Assembly (NCBI GenBank): GCA_040954595.2 | Contig: CM082591.2 | Location: 1,291,882-1,355,881 of the forward strand | Direction of reading: 5' to 3' | DNA length: 64,000 bases | Source: Balanoglossus misakiensis | Taxonomy: Eukaryota; Animalia; Hemichordata | Part shown: piece after piece, positions 52,210 to 64,000 of the stretch | Layout of the letters: every line of letters begins with the position of its first letter | Numbering within the stretch: the stretch's first letter is position 1 | Program-made: the position numbers and the translations under genes | Notes under the pieces: model-generated | What the model was told of the DNA's origin: nothing | What the model saw: only the letters and a program-made list of their open reading frames with translations | Database searches by the model: none

Positions 52210-55200
52210 ATGTCAGAACCATCTGCAGCACTGGTTGTATTGAAATCATGGGACTTGGAGGCAAAGACCTCCCAACCAACTCAAGCTTTAATCAAACATC
52301 TCAAAGAAAACACACTCCAGTCTGAGAACATTTCTGAATTCCACTGTACCACCCTTGAAGTTGAAGTGAGTGAAGAACAAAAGAAAGATGCAGAGAGTGT
52401 TCGTGCTACTTTGATCCCAGCTACAAAAAGCGAGTGGTTGGATCTTCATGAAGACCCCCCTGGAGTACACTGGCTTGTTAACCATGGTACACACTTCCCA
52501 GACTTGAAGGGACTGCAAAACATCAAGCATGTAGTCGGATATTCTCCAAACACACACAAAGCAGCAGCTACAATTCGTAAAAGTCTCTTCCCAGAAGCCA
52601 AACTTCACCAACTCAGTCTTCCTGAACCACCACCCGTGGCAGCATTAATGGTCATGCAAACCTGGCAGACAGAATCAGAAGATCAGACAACAACACCAAG
52701 TCACCAGCTTGTCACAAAATTTCGAGAAGAAACCCTGAAGTCTGAGAATGTTTCTGAATTCCTCTGTACTACCCTTCAAGTTGAAGTGAGTGAAGAACAA
52801 AAGAAAGATGCAAAGAGTGTGAATGTCACTTTGATCCCAGCTGTAAGAGACAAGAGGTTGGAACCTCATGAAGACCCCCCTGGAGTACACTGGCTTATTA
52901 ACCATGGTATATACTTCCCTGGACTGAAGGAACTGAAAAACATCCAACATGTAGTCGGATATTCTCCAAAGACACAGAATGCAGCCAAAGCAATCCACGA
53001 AAGGCTCTTCCCTGAAGCCAAACTTCATCAACTCCATCTTCCAGATCCACCTCCTGGAGTATTATTTGTGTATGACGACTGGAACAAAGAAGATTGTGGC
53101 TTGACTGGGTTTCACAGAACTCTCGTACAAGATTTCTGTGCAAGGAAAGTCAAAGAAGGAAAACCTGTTAAAGCCTACTCCACCTTTGATGGTGTCAAAG
53201 CCAGTGACGACCAGAAGGCAGATGCTGCCAAGTGTCGGGTTACATTGATTCCAGCACAAGAAGAAGAAGAAGACAGAACTGCAGAGCCAGAAGAAGATCA
53301 GCCACATTTAAAATGGTTGACGAAATATCACGAAATCTACTACGCTCACCTCAGACAGCTACAAAACATCAAGTATGTTGTTGGTTATGCTCCGAGGACT
53401 GGATTCGCTGCTGCAAATATCAGAAAAAAATTGTTTCCTGATGCAGAACTAGTGATGATCAACCATGCCTATGAAGAACGCAACTGTCTGTTGAAACAAC
53501 CAAAAGGGAAGTTTAGTGAAATGATGCTGAAGCTGGCCAGTGAAGCTGACATCATATTCTCAATTGGTCCAAGTGTGTATGAGCATTTCCAGAACGAATA
53601 CCGGGCTACCTTTGATGGCAGGGAACTACACATGATCCCTCATGAAGAGATTTTTCCCAGACCTGCTGAAGTCTTTTTCAAGAAAGACCCAACGTTCCTA
53701 GATGGAGTGACTACTCACAGCATACTGACATACGGGCAGATTGATACACAAGAAGCCTTGGACAGATGTGAGACAATAGCAGCTGCTATTGGAAGTGCAG
53801 CAAACATGGTGAAAGACTTTCACAACAAACTTCTGAATTGGTCAATACGGGGAGCAGGTGAGGCTGAACTGAAGCATATTCTACAGCAGATAAACAGCAA
53901 TTATGTAATGGCATATCCTCACCCAGATTACTCAGAAAAGACCTTAATGATATCAGTGCATCAATCTCACTGTTGTCTTCCCGTCTCTGTCTACAAGGAC
54001 TATCCATATAGCGGTTTAGAATCTATAGCAGTTGGACTACCAACCTATCCTGATGAATATTCCCAGCTTGGAAAGTTAGTCAAGAAATACTTTCCATACC
54101 ACGCAGACAAATTTGTAGTGTCACACTCATCTGATAAGATTTCGGAGAAGATAATATGGAGTGTCAAGAACACCAGGTTAGCTTTTGAAGAAGCTAAGGA
54201 GCTGAAGGAGGCTTTCATGGCGTGTGAAGATGTTGATAAGAGTTATGCCACATTTGCCACTTTGTTGACACCAAAGGGCAGACAAACTGTAACAGGTATG
54301 TACAGTGTACACTTTTAGTAAATTATATCCTGTGTCTAGTTAATGATACATACTGGTAATTGTTGCTTTATTTGTCAATTTCAAGACTAAATTTGGTAAA
54401 ATAGTGAAACCTGCACAGACATGCATGCATCACTGAGACACCATCTTATTTCTAAAAAGTAAACTGAGTTCTGTTGTGCCTACAATTTCTCATTATCTGC
54501 AAATCACCACTTAAAAACCTGTTCATTTCTAAAGTAATTAATTTTAAGTGACTACAGATATTAGTAAAATCGAGTGGAGTGGTTGGGAGTAAGTACTAAA
54601 GCAGCCAAAACCTACAAAAAATCTAGTGTTGATTTCACAAGCTAAAGCACGTTCTTTCTCCTATCTTCAGCTGACACAAAAATTGCAATCCACGTCCAAC
54701 TGGATGAAAATGCCTACCAGCAGTATCAACCAGAAAATGAGGGCCAGAATGAGGAAAGGCAACAGGCAGCATCTACAGCTTGGAACAACTGCAAACAACA
54801 GTTGAAGAGAAGAGCATCTGATGTGGTATCCAACAGTGACGACATCAACAAAGTCAAGGAAGCCTGCACTGACAAACTGGGTAAAGTGAATATACACATA
54901 ACAGAACAAAAACAGGGTCTCTGTTAATCACAGCCAACATGCGTAGACTTTATAATCTCTACAGATTGAGGGGAAGCTGTCTTCATTTAAGAAATTTAGC
55001 CAAGGCATTAGAATCAATCTTGATGACAGATGAATTAAAAGACGAAAAGAACACAGCTGAATTACCACTACAGTTGATAGCAACATATAACCAAGTTAGT
55101 TACATGAGGTTTTTTCTTCAGATTTGTCCTAATTGGTTTAACCATAAAAATACTACAATCTAACGAGATAAATTAAAACCATCTACAGACAATTGGTTGC

Positions 55201-58200
55201 ACATCTTAAGGCACTCTATCAGGTGCAGTTAAAAGGGATTAAGATGATAATATTAATTTACATTTCTACAAAATGTAACATACCAGTATATCAGATAATT
55301 TAAGTTTCACATCTTTCTAGCATTTCCAACCCCGCCAAAAACATAAAACATTAAAAGAAAAAATGTATGCAAATCACACTGAATGTTTTACTAACTTGCA
55401 GGAGATGGTTGGGGAAATGCCCTGACTTCTTTACCACAGGGAAGATATAGGAAGGTTTTTGTGGCCATAGTTATAATAAATTAAGGTTTTCAACTAAAAA
55501 TAGTAACCTGATTTGTTGTGTATTTTGCAGGCGAGACCTTATCCAAGTTGCTGTTCCTTGAGATTGATCCGACACGAGAAATCCAGAAGTCAGTTGATAA
55601 ATATGCACCTCTGATACTCAACAGTGAGCAGTGTAAAAGACAGAAAGGAAGACAGTGTGACATCATACAACTTACAGTGAAAATGACCGAGAAAGTTCAG
55701 CATATCCTATCTCACAGACCTCAAGTCTTAGAGTTACTAGGTGTTAGAAGGTTCCTTATGACTGACACAGAAAGGACTGATATCAGTGACTCAGGTAATA
55801 TAGAGTGATTTTTAATGGTGCATGTAACTCTTTAGGAGCAAAATGGAATCCTTACTGTGGTACTGGTACTTTTACAAAACAGCCAATCAATAATAACACC
55901 AAACTTCACTGAAACACATATATTTTGACAACCATAGTTGCAATGTCATCTTGCAGTGTGAATAAGAAATTCAATGTGATGCTGTTATTGTTCTAAAGCT
56001 GATTTTGAAGTGAAAAATGAAAAATACACATGGTTTTTGTCTGTAAAAAGTCAAATTCATCTCCATCAAGAGGTCCATCCTTTTTGTCAAAATCTATGTG
56101 CAGCTAGTGCTCAGCTGTTATGTACCAGTATTCTTTGAAATAGTTACTAACAAAAAGCATGCAACGTTTATACAGTATTCTGCAATTATGAAATGCAGGT
56201 GTAAATACAGGAAATATTTTTCTCATTCTCAAAAGTTTTTACTCACGGTGAACAATTATCGCCTTATACCTGTCAGTAATATTTTCTATATCAATGCTGT
56301 AAAACGGGTTATTTTCACGACAGGAAATTTTCACAAGTAAATATTACCAGGTTTAATGCTTTGGTCAAATTTACTTCACGGATTTAAATAATAAGGTGAA
56401 AGTAAAATTTCTACTCACATCTGCAGATTGTTAAATGTCAACCAGACATTTAAGGTGTTACGCACCTCGAAATAAAAGGTCGTCTGATCATGTTGAAATT
56501 AATACTGATGATACTATGACTTCATAAATAAGTATTTTGGGAGGGTCATCATATTTTTTTCATCATTATAGAATCTAAACTTACTGAATATTTTGTTTTT
56601 AGCAATTTTATCTTATTTAGTATGATAATCGCACATCAATACAATTGTTAAATTAAACACAGAATTGCCGCAAAATCCACTTTCATATATATATATTTTT
56701 TTTAACTTCTAGACTTAAACTTTTTTTAAAACTTGATAGATACCTTGTTTGATATATATCAAACCAATTTAAGGCAAAAAATACATTGTGTGTACAAAAA
56801 TAACTTCACAGCACTACGCTAAAACTTTGTTTGGAAAACACTGGAAATACAATTTAACTTTTTACACTCTGCACAGAAACCTGCGCTAACAACTAACATG
56901 ATTGAGGCGTGATATTCCTTAAGGAGACAAAGTCTCTCTTTTTTAGCCTTTTTTCGTGAATTTGTTTGATATGAAAAGCTGTTCCTGTTGTTTGACTGCT
57001 TGAAATAGAGTGGATTCCAATAGCTGCAATGTTTATTTGTCAAAGGAAACAGACTATGTTAGAAGTACAAATGTACTGTGTAGTTCATTTCAGCTAGATA
57101 TCACACACAAAATCACCACTTTCATCAGCAAAGGGGTAATTTGTGATTCTTTTTTAGGTTATACACTGACATTATATTGCACAGTGTGTGACTTTATGCA
57201 AGTATTCCCTGTATTCTTGATATCACAAAAAGGTAAAAAAACTGTCCCTTTAAATAATTATTAAATCTACTTCATTTCAGATTTGGAGGCTTTTATCATA
57301 CAGCATGGCACGCCAGTTTTTTCCATACCAGCTGCATCTATCAGCTTACAAGCACAGAGCTTGCTCCTCTTTGAAGCTAGTTCAAAGTTACCCAAAGAAC
57401 AGTCCTTGCAAGCAGAAAATATGAGTCTAAAACAACAGTTGGATGGGGCCCTGATAGAGAAGTCCAAAATTCAGACTGAGTCAGTTGAGAATAAGAGAAA
57501 GCTAGTTGGAGAAATAACTAAACTGCAGTTTGAGTCAGTTGAGAATAAAAGAAAGCTAGTTGGAGAAATAACTAAACTGCAGACAGAGAAAATGATTCTA
57601 GAGAATCAGTTGAAAGAAGCAATTCAGGAAAAGTCACTCTTAGAAGAGCAGTACAAACAGGAACTTGCAAGTGTTGAGAAAGTAGCTGCCATACAACTTA
57701 TGGATGTCATTTCCCTGAAGCAAAGATTGGAAGAATCAGACCCTAGAAACATCGAAGAGTTGGAATCTAAACTCGAACAACAAGAACAAACCATAACTGA
57801 ACTCCAGGCAAAATTATCCAAAATCCAGGATGATCAATCTGACTCTGAGCTGCAACTGAAAACTGCTAAAAATCTTCAACTGGGAGAAGATGCAACATTG
57901 GAAACTGAACAAGGTGAGATTGAGATTTAGTAGTTTCATAATTTTATTGGTATTTTAAAAATGTTTTTTTTTTACTTATTTTTTTTTTTACTATTTGTTG
58001 ATTGTAATGTTAAAATTAAGCCTTGTAAATAGTAAATCTAAATGATATCGATGTACCTTAATTGATAAACCTTGAAAACACAAGAAGGATAAATTATCAG
58101 GTAAAGGCATGAGCATGCACAATGGCTCAGTTTTATAAAGATGAAGGTAGACAAGTTGCAATTCCAAGAATGTTGCATTTTTATTAGTGAAGTAATTTAT

Positions 58201-61200
58201 TTATATTTTAGGACATTCAGTTCTATTTGTCCGCAGTATGTGGCCATCACGAGTTGGAGTGATTAGTCAACTTGTGAGTCTACCAGTAGGCTTTGCCAAC
58301 AAGACAAAACAACAATTTTGCAAAGCTCAATCAGGATATTTCAACATGCTAGCAAAAGAACAGGAAACTGTAGATGACACAGAAAACAAAAACTCAACTA
58401 AAAGTTGCTTGTATATAAGTTGCTCTTTATCCTAATTTTTGTAGCAGACAGTGTTAGAGCATCAGTGCCTGGGGAAGTGGGACCTACACAGCATGATGTG
58501 AAACGTCGAAGATGCCTGAGTGAAGGTGATATACCGGTAGAGTCAACCAAAAGTGGTGCACGTGTGGGCCTTGATCTTTACAGCTATGGCCGAAGAAGCT
58601 CCTTGCGATCAGTTGGTGAAAGTGAAACTAAAATGGAGGTACGTGATACTATGTACTATATCTCATAACAGTCCTGATTTACCACATGCAGATCCTATAC
58701 CAAGCAGTGATCAACATGGGCCATCTGAAACACCCAAAAGGGAACTTTTTGACTTGCCCATATTATGCCCATCCCATTGAAACCTCACACACCAGCATGT
58801 ATTTATTCATGCATGCATATATCGACCTTTGTATCAGTTTTATTTAGAGGTTTTAAACGGCTAGCGAGAGTATTTGGTTGAGGATAGACAGACAGACAGA
58901 CACACACACACACATACATACATTCATACATACACATAGATACATACATACATACATACTTACCTACTTACTTACTTACATGCGTGTACGGTCTCAGACA
59001 TAACATGTATATGTAAATAAACTTAAATTAATGAGTTCCAATCTGTATTTCTTGTACTCATATTGATCCATACAATATGAATTATGATCAGTAAACAATT
59101 TATTGGGTGATAAAATACTTAGTTGTATAAAATGTGTCCAGTAAACTTGTCTGAGCGGAAGCATGTATTAAAGGAATGTAATGAAATTCCTTACTACATG
59201 TACCATCATTTTATCTTTTTACAGAGAGAGGAATTGTTTGAAAACATGCAATTCATAAATGAGAGTCTTCATTTGAGAATGAGAAGGAGGCTACCATTAA
59301 CTCCAGAAGATATTTCTGAAAGTGTGTGTGCCGTTCCAAATCGTTATCCAATACCAATCTTTGATGGTTCCTGTCTGAAGAGTGTATCATTCACTGACGA
59401 ACTACCGGTCAATTACAGTTATAGAAACTACACAACAGGGATCTTTGATTCTAGAGGTGGCTACCTGTCAATCAAAGGAAGCAGCGTAGAACTCTTTATA
59501 CCACCAGGAGCAATTGAAGAAGGAAGGCAACAGGAGATCAGTATTCAGCTAGACCACAAGACAGAGAGTGCTCCTCAACTCGCAGAAGGGGAAAGTCTTG
59601 TCTGTCCAGTTGTTGTGTGTCGTCCTAATGGTCTGTCATTCAAACAGAGAGTGGTGCTCAGTTTCCCTCACTCTGCACGTGGCGCAGATTATACACTGAA
59701 GCCTTTGATTTCAAAGCAGACACAGGAAGATCAACCAACTGACTATACTGACCTATCAGAAAGCCAAGATGGTTTGTGTCTTACTACTGATGACCGCTGC
59801 ATCATGTTGCTGGACCACTTTTCAAACTACACTGCAAAAGGAGAAAAGGTCTTTGAAAAGGAAATACTAGTTATGATTTTTGCAGACCTGCGAGATGAAG
59901 ATGAAGTAAAATTACGAATTTGGTTTCTAGATGAAGACAACAAAGATGTAAGATAATTCTATTTTTATTGTCATTGCTTTCCACAGCCATTGCCCAACCC
60001 ATAAGCAACCATGATTTCATCCACAGGGATTAAAAAATTCGCATTATGAGGGTATGATGAAAATACCGCAAAGTATCATCACAAGGACATTAGTGACACG
60101 TATCGCCTGATGCATAGCAGAGGGCGATGCGCGGAACTATATGTCTGTTAGATTTTTGCTTTGCATATTACTTGGCTATCAAAACACTGGTACAATCGCC
60201 TTACACAGTGAGCAGACATCTTTCCTTATTTGTTAACAATGGAGTGAGGGAAGAGGGTCTTGAAACCGTCTGCAGTGAAAGTGCATACCTATACACGGTG
60301 AGATTGGGTGCCTTGAAACTGATGACGAATGGAACGGGGCTTCCATACGGCATGTTTAATGCACGCAAAATTCTATTGTTCTTCATGGTGCCAGATGTAT
60401 AATAATTCGTATTATTTCCATCTGCAGGAAGTATTGGAAGAGGAAAGAAGATTAGGTGGAACTGAAATTGATGCACCAAGCCCATTTACTGCCCATACAT
60501 CTGGTGGAGATGTACAAGTGAGATTAGAGTGTAATGAGGATTGGAAAGCATCGAAATCATTGCTGGTATTAATTCTTTAAAACTTTGATAACTTTGCTCA
60601 AAACTGCATAAACGGTACCTTTGATAGTATTAACTAACATGCATAATTTGTCACCCATTATTTCAAGAAAATGCATCCATCCATTCAGTATATAAATACA
60701 GTATACAATATAATATAGACAATACAATACTGTAATAGTACAGTTTGATACAGTACAATACAGACATATCGAGGTGCCACTTTTGTCAAACTTGTCAATG
60801 CTTTAATTACAGATCACATATGAAACAAGTTGAATTCAACAAAGCTCTTTCATTTTTATTTTTCTCAGAACATTCCAATGCGAGGAATTATGTCCAGACG
60901 AATGATGCCCCACAGGTTTATCATAACAAGGCAATCATTAACCACCAGATTACGTTTAGATGTTGGTGTAGCTCAACCAGGTTGTGTTAATTCTGATGAA
61001 ATAGAATTTCCAATTTCTGAAAGAGTACCCCAAGTAAGCAGTCTATCAAGTGATTCATATTGTCATTACTTTCTATTACACTTGAAGAGACAAATATTTG
61101 AAATCTCATTTCAAAAGTACAAGTACATAAAATATGATGGGAATTGCATTTTTATTGTTATTGTTAACAGCTTCATTGAAACCAGAGTGAAATTAATTTA

Positions 61201-63959
61201 CAACAGTAAGGCCACAGTAAGTAGATTCTTTGTTTTCCATTGGTGCACTGGTAGGTTTTCGAAAAACACACAAAGTTTTCTTGCAGAAATTTTCCACATC
61301 GATATTGTGTCACAAAAATAAGCCATGTCTTTTATTTTGCAGCAATCTTTGTTCAGTCATATAACTATAAATTATGTGGTGATGTAAAGTAGTGTCAAAT
61401 AATTTCAGGTATATGCATATAGCATGAGGAACTAAAATGTTGGTAGATTGTTTTTGTGTGTGTGTGTTTTATAACCGCTCAACCTACCTTTCAGGATTTT
61501 TAGTGGACAATGACAAAGAATTTACTTACGGTGCTTTGGACTAAGTATATATGTTACTTTTCAAAAACAAGTCTGAAATGCAAGTTAAATTATTTAAGTT
61601 TAGTGAGGTATGCAAATGTAAATACAGGTATATACATATAAGGTATACCATAATTGCATTGTCTTAAGTACTAATGACTGATTAGGTAACACATCATCTG
61701 CTAAGGATCAGTTAGCCACCATTACAAAACAAATGTATAGGACAGAAAACCATGTACAGTACCTGGTTGGATTTCTATTGCTGCACAAGCCTACTGAGTT
61801 GCAAGATTTATCTTTAGAGAGCAATTATATTGCCAAGAGAATTTAAAACTTATAATTCTAACAATTTTGCTAATTTTATTGATAAATTTTAATTTTGCAA
61901 AGTATTCCTTTTTCCACAGAGTATGGCTGCAAATCATATGCATCAGGCTCATACTGAGAGAAGAAACTCTCCCCGCGTCCTACCTGCCCTACCACATGGT
62001 CTTTGTGTTGCAATAAGTCAACTTATGGATCTGCAAGATCCATGTGACTGTGACTGGCGACTTTTAGCTGACAAGGTGACGTTGAACGGCAAAACACTAA
62101 AACACTGTGACCGAACACTTCTGGAACAGTTATCACATGCCCGCAGTCCAACGTATCAGTTATTGAGTATCTGGCAGTTATCCAGGAGAGGGTTTTCTCT
62201 GCAGCTTATAGAAGAGCTTAGAGATTTGTTCCAGAGTATTGGTAGAACTGATGTAGTTGAATTACTGCAGACTTTTATCAAGCTGTGTAGAGAAGTTGGT
62301 GTGGCAGAAGCAGAGGCTGCTGTTGAACCTGAAATCCATGCACAAATGTGCAATCCAGGGTACTACTCAACTGGTGACCAACAGCTCATACCTCAGCCCC
62401 AACAACTTTGCAGCCATCTCAGAATGGAAGAACAAGAAAATAGGAGAGGACCAGCAATGCCGTCATCTGTGCCAATTGTTCCACAAAGTCCACATCAAGG
62501 AACCCGAATATCAGTCACAGCAGAGGTACACAATTATCCAGTTAATGCAGGTCCACCGGTGGAACATTCATCTGGACAAACTCCCCTCTCAGAACAGATA
62601 CCCGCTTCAAATCCTACCCCACTACCCATTCCCAATGCCATGGAGTTTCCTCCAGACCGAGTGGAAGCTCCGGGAGCTCAGTCACAACTTCCCCAACAGA
62701 TGCACGGAACAGAGGCAACAGTGGAACCATCAAATGCCTCACCATTTTGTTCACAGGGTCCAAATAATCCTTACATGCAGTTTAGTGATACTAGTATGCA
62801 GAATCATTCATCTGTAAGAAAACGACTGCTCACAAGGCCATCAGAACTGACACCTGATGATGGTGAACTTGAAGATGATTATGTTGTCCCCCAAAAAAGA
62901 CAAAACTTGGCAAATGACATTAATAATGGTGAAAGTGTACCTATGACTGTGAATCATCAGCCAGATCGACAGAATGCATACCGTCGTAGTATGACATTTT
63001 CAGAAGAAATACAAGAAGGGAATCTAGCAGCACGCCAATGGTTGTTTTCAGAAGGAGAACACCCTCCACATCACACAGAAGCACTATCATCTGATCGGAG
63101 AGGTGATCAGTATGTCTTTGAGGGAAATGGAGAATGTGGTCACATCATGGGTGAAGCATCAGAGCAGTCCTCAGTTGGTCCAGAGATTTCGAATTCTGAA
63201 TATATTGAAGAAGGTGATGGCAGTCAAACTGAGACCAATAATGATTCTAACACAGCAAAGCACGATAACGTGTCAAGGGGACGAAAATGTGCAAATAATA
63301 TGCCTATGCTAAATCATATGATTGATGAATTACAGATATGCAAGGAGATGGGAGATTCTGACCCTCGCAATGAGTCAGGATATTATTCACTTGCTGGAGA
63401 TCCAACAGATGCTCTCACAAGAAATCATAATCCTGGTAGCATTGAACACAATCCATCAAATAATATGCCTATGCTAAAGGGAAATTCTGACCCTCGCAAT
63501 GAGTCAGGATATTATTCACTTGCTGGAGATCCAACAGATGCTCTCACAAGAAATCATAATCCTGGTAGCATTGAACACAATCCATCAAATAATATGCCTA
63601 TGCTAAAGGGAGATTCTGACCCTCGCAATGAGTCAGGATATTATTCACTTGCTGGAGATCCAACAGATGCTCTCACAAGAAATCATAATCCTGGTAGCAT
63701 TGAACACAATCCATCACAAACAGGTGGTCATGCCAACAGTCCAAGAAAGCAGTATAGTGGCAATGTGTCTGACTTCAACACAGGAGAACAAGCAGTTCAA
63801 AGCGTAGAAGATGGTGACGAGAGGAAAAGTTGGAGTGCATCTGAAAAATCTACGGATGAATGTATCAACTCAACAAATGATTCTGACGTGGAAAATAATT
63901 CAGAGTTAGAAAGTAATAATACAACTTCAATGGATTCAGAAGACGCACCATTACCTTGA
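52210..63959 (+). CDS. Multidomain protein: 2 extra GT-B N-lobes + GT4-like glycosyltransferase fold, TRADD-N-like segment, coiled coil, ZU5, UPA, Death domain, repeat tail; one frame break at ~54910
   Basis: Exons 52210-54295, 54671-~55094, 55531-55794, 57281-57913, 58448-58638, 59225-59947, 60428-60565, 60869-61033, 61920-63959. Phases are compatible except around 54.9-55.5 kb. ZU5: GIFDSRGGYL..VELFIPPGAI..CPVVVCRPNGLSFKQRVVLSFPHSA..LDHFS. UPA: EEERRLGG. Death domain: DWRLLADKV..SPTYQLLSIW..IGRTDVVELL. Confidence 0.72.
52225..53465 (+). repeat. Coding 420-bp (140-aa) domain duplication; two close copies plus one diverged copy
   Basis: ctgagaa.at/gtttctgaattcc at 52322 and 52742; VVGYSP, VVGYSP, VVGYAP and LFPEAKL, LFPEAKL, LFPDAEL. 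Confidence 0.92.
56450..56922. mobile_element. Degenerate TTAA-flanked Kolobok-like element, intronic
   Basis: Imperfect inverted ends ttaaggtgttacgcacctc and gaggcgtgatattccttaa. Confidence 0.5.
63351..63716 (+). repeat. Coding tandem repeat, 129 bp / 43 aa, ~3 near-identical copies
   Basis: accctcgc recurs at 63361, 63490 and 63619. Confidence 0.95.
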
Positions 63960-64000
63960 GAACAAACAGGCCTTAACAAACTTTGTGCCCAGAAGGTGTC

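Noticed and set aside
52210-54295. 2-kb intronless GT-like exon as bacterial contamination or recent HGT
   Set aside because: It has canonical splice sites and host-like composition and is embedded among spliced exons. Ancient HGT of the domain cannot be judged from this window.
54900-54930. Programmed -1 ribosomal frameshift
   Set aside because: No X XXY YYZ slippery heptamer in the correct frame and no obvious downstream structure.

Overview
Intron-rich, AT-rich animal genomic DNA, not prokaryotic. The gene and repeat content suggests an invertebrate deuterostome, possibly a hemichordate (inference). Left to right: CARS1 (-, runs off the window) head-to-head with PNPLA2/ATGL (+); an orphan intronless ORF; PUM3 (-); two intronless class A GPCRs flanking a 2-exon Golgi-type sulfotransferase; a cluster of three MS4A/CD20-like loci, the middle one reduced to a TM4-like exon plus a tail with 13 YxxQ motifs; an FBXL15-like gene (-); a 5'-truncated NOSIP copy between two MITE copies; and a ~12 kb gene. 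That last gene encodes a triplicated GT-B (GT4-like) glycosyltransferase module, a TRADD-N-like segment, a coiled coil, ZU5 with the PIDD1-type HFS autoproteolysis motif, UPA, a Death domain and three ESGYYS repeats. It is the best candidate for an undescribed innate-immune or cell-death sensor. Several small DNA-transposon remnants are present. No tRNA, rRNA or CRISPR was seen. Exon models were read by eye and domain calls are by motif recognition, not database search.
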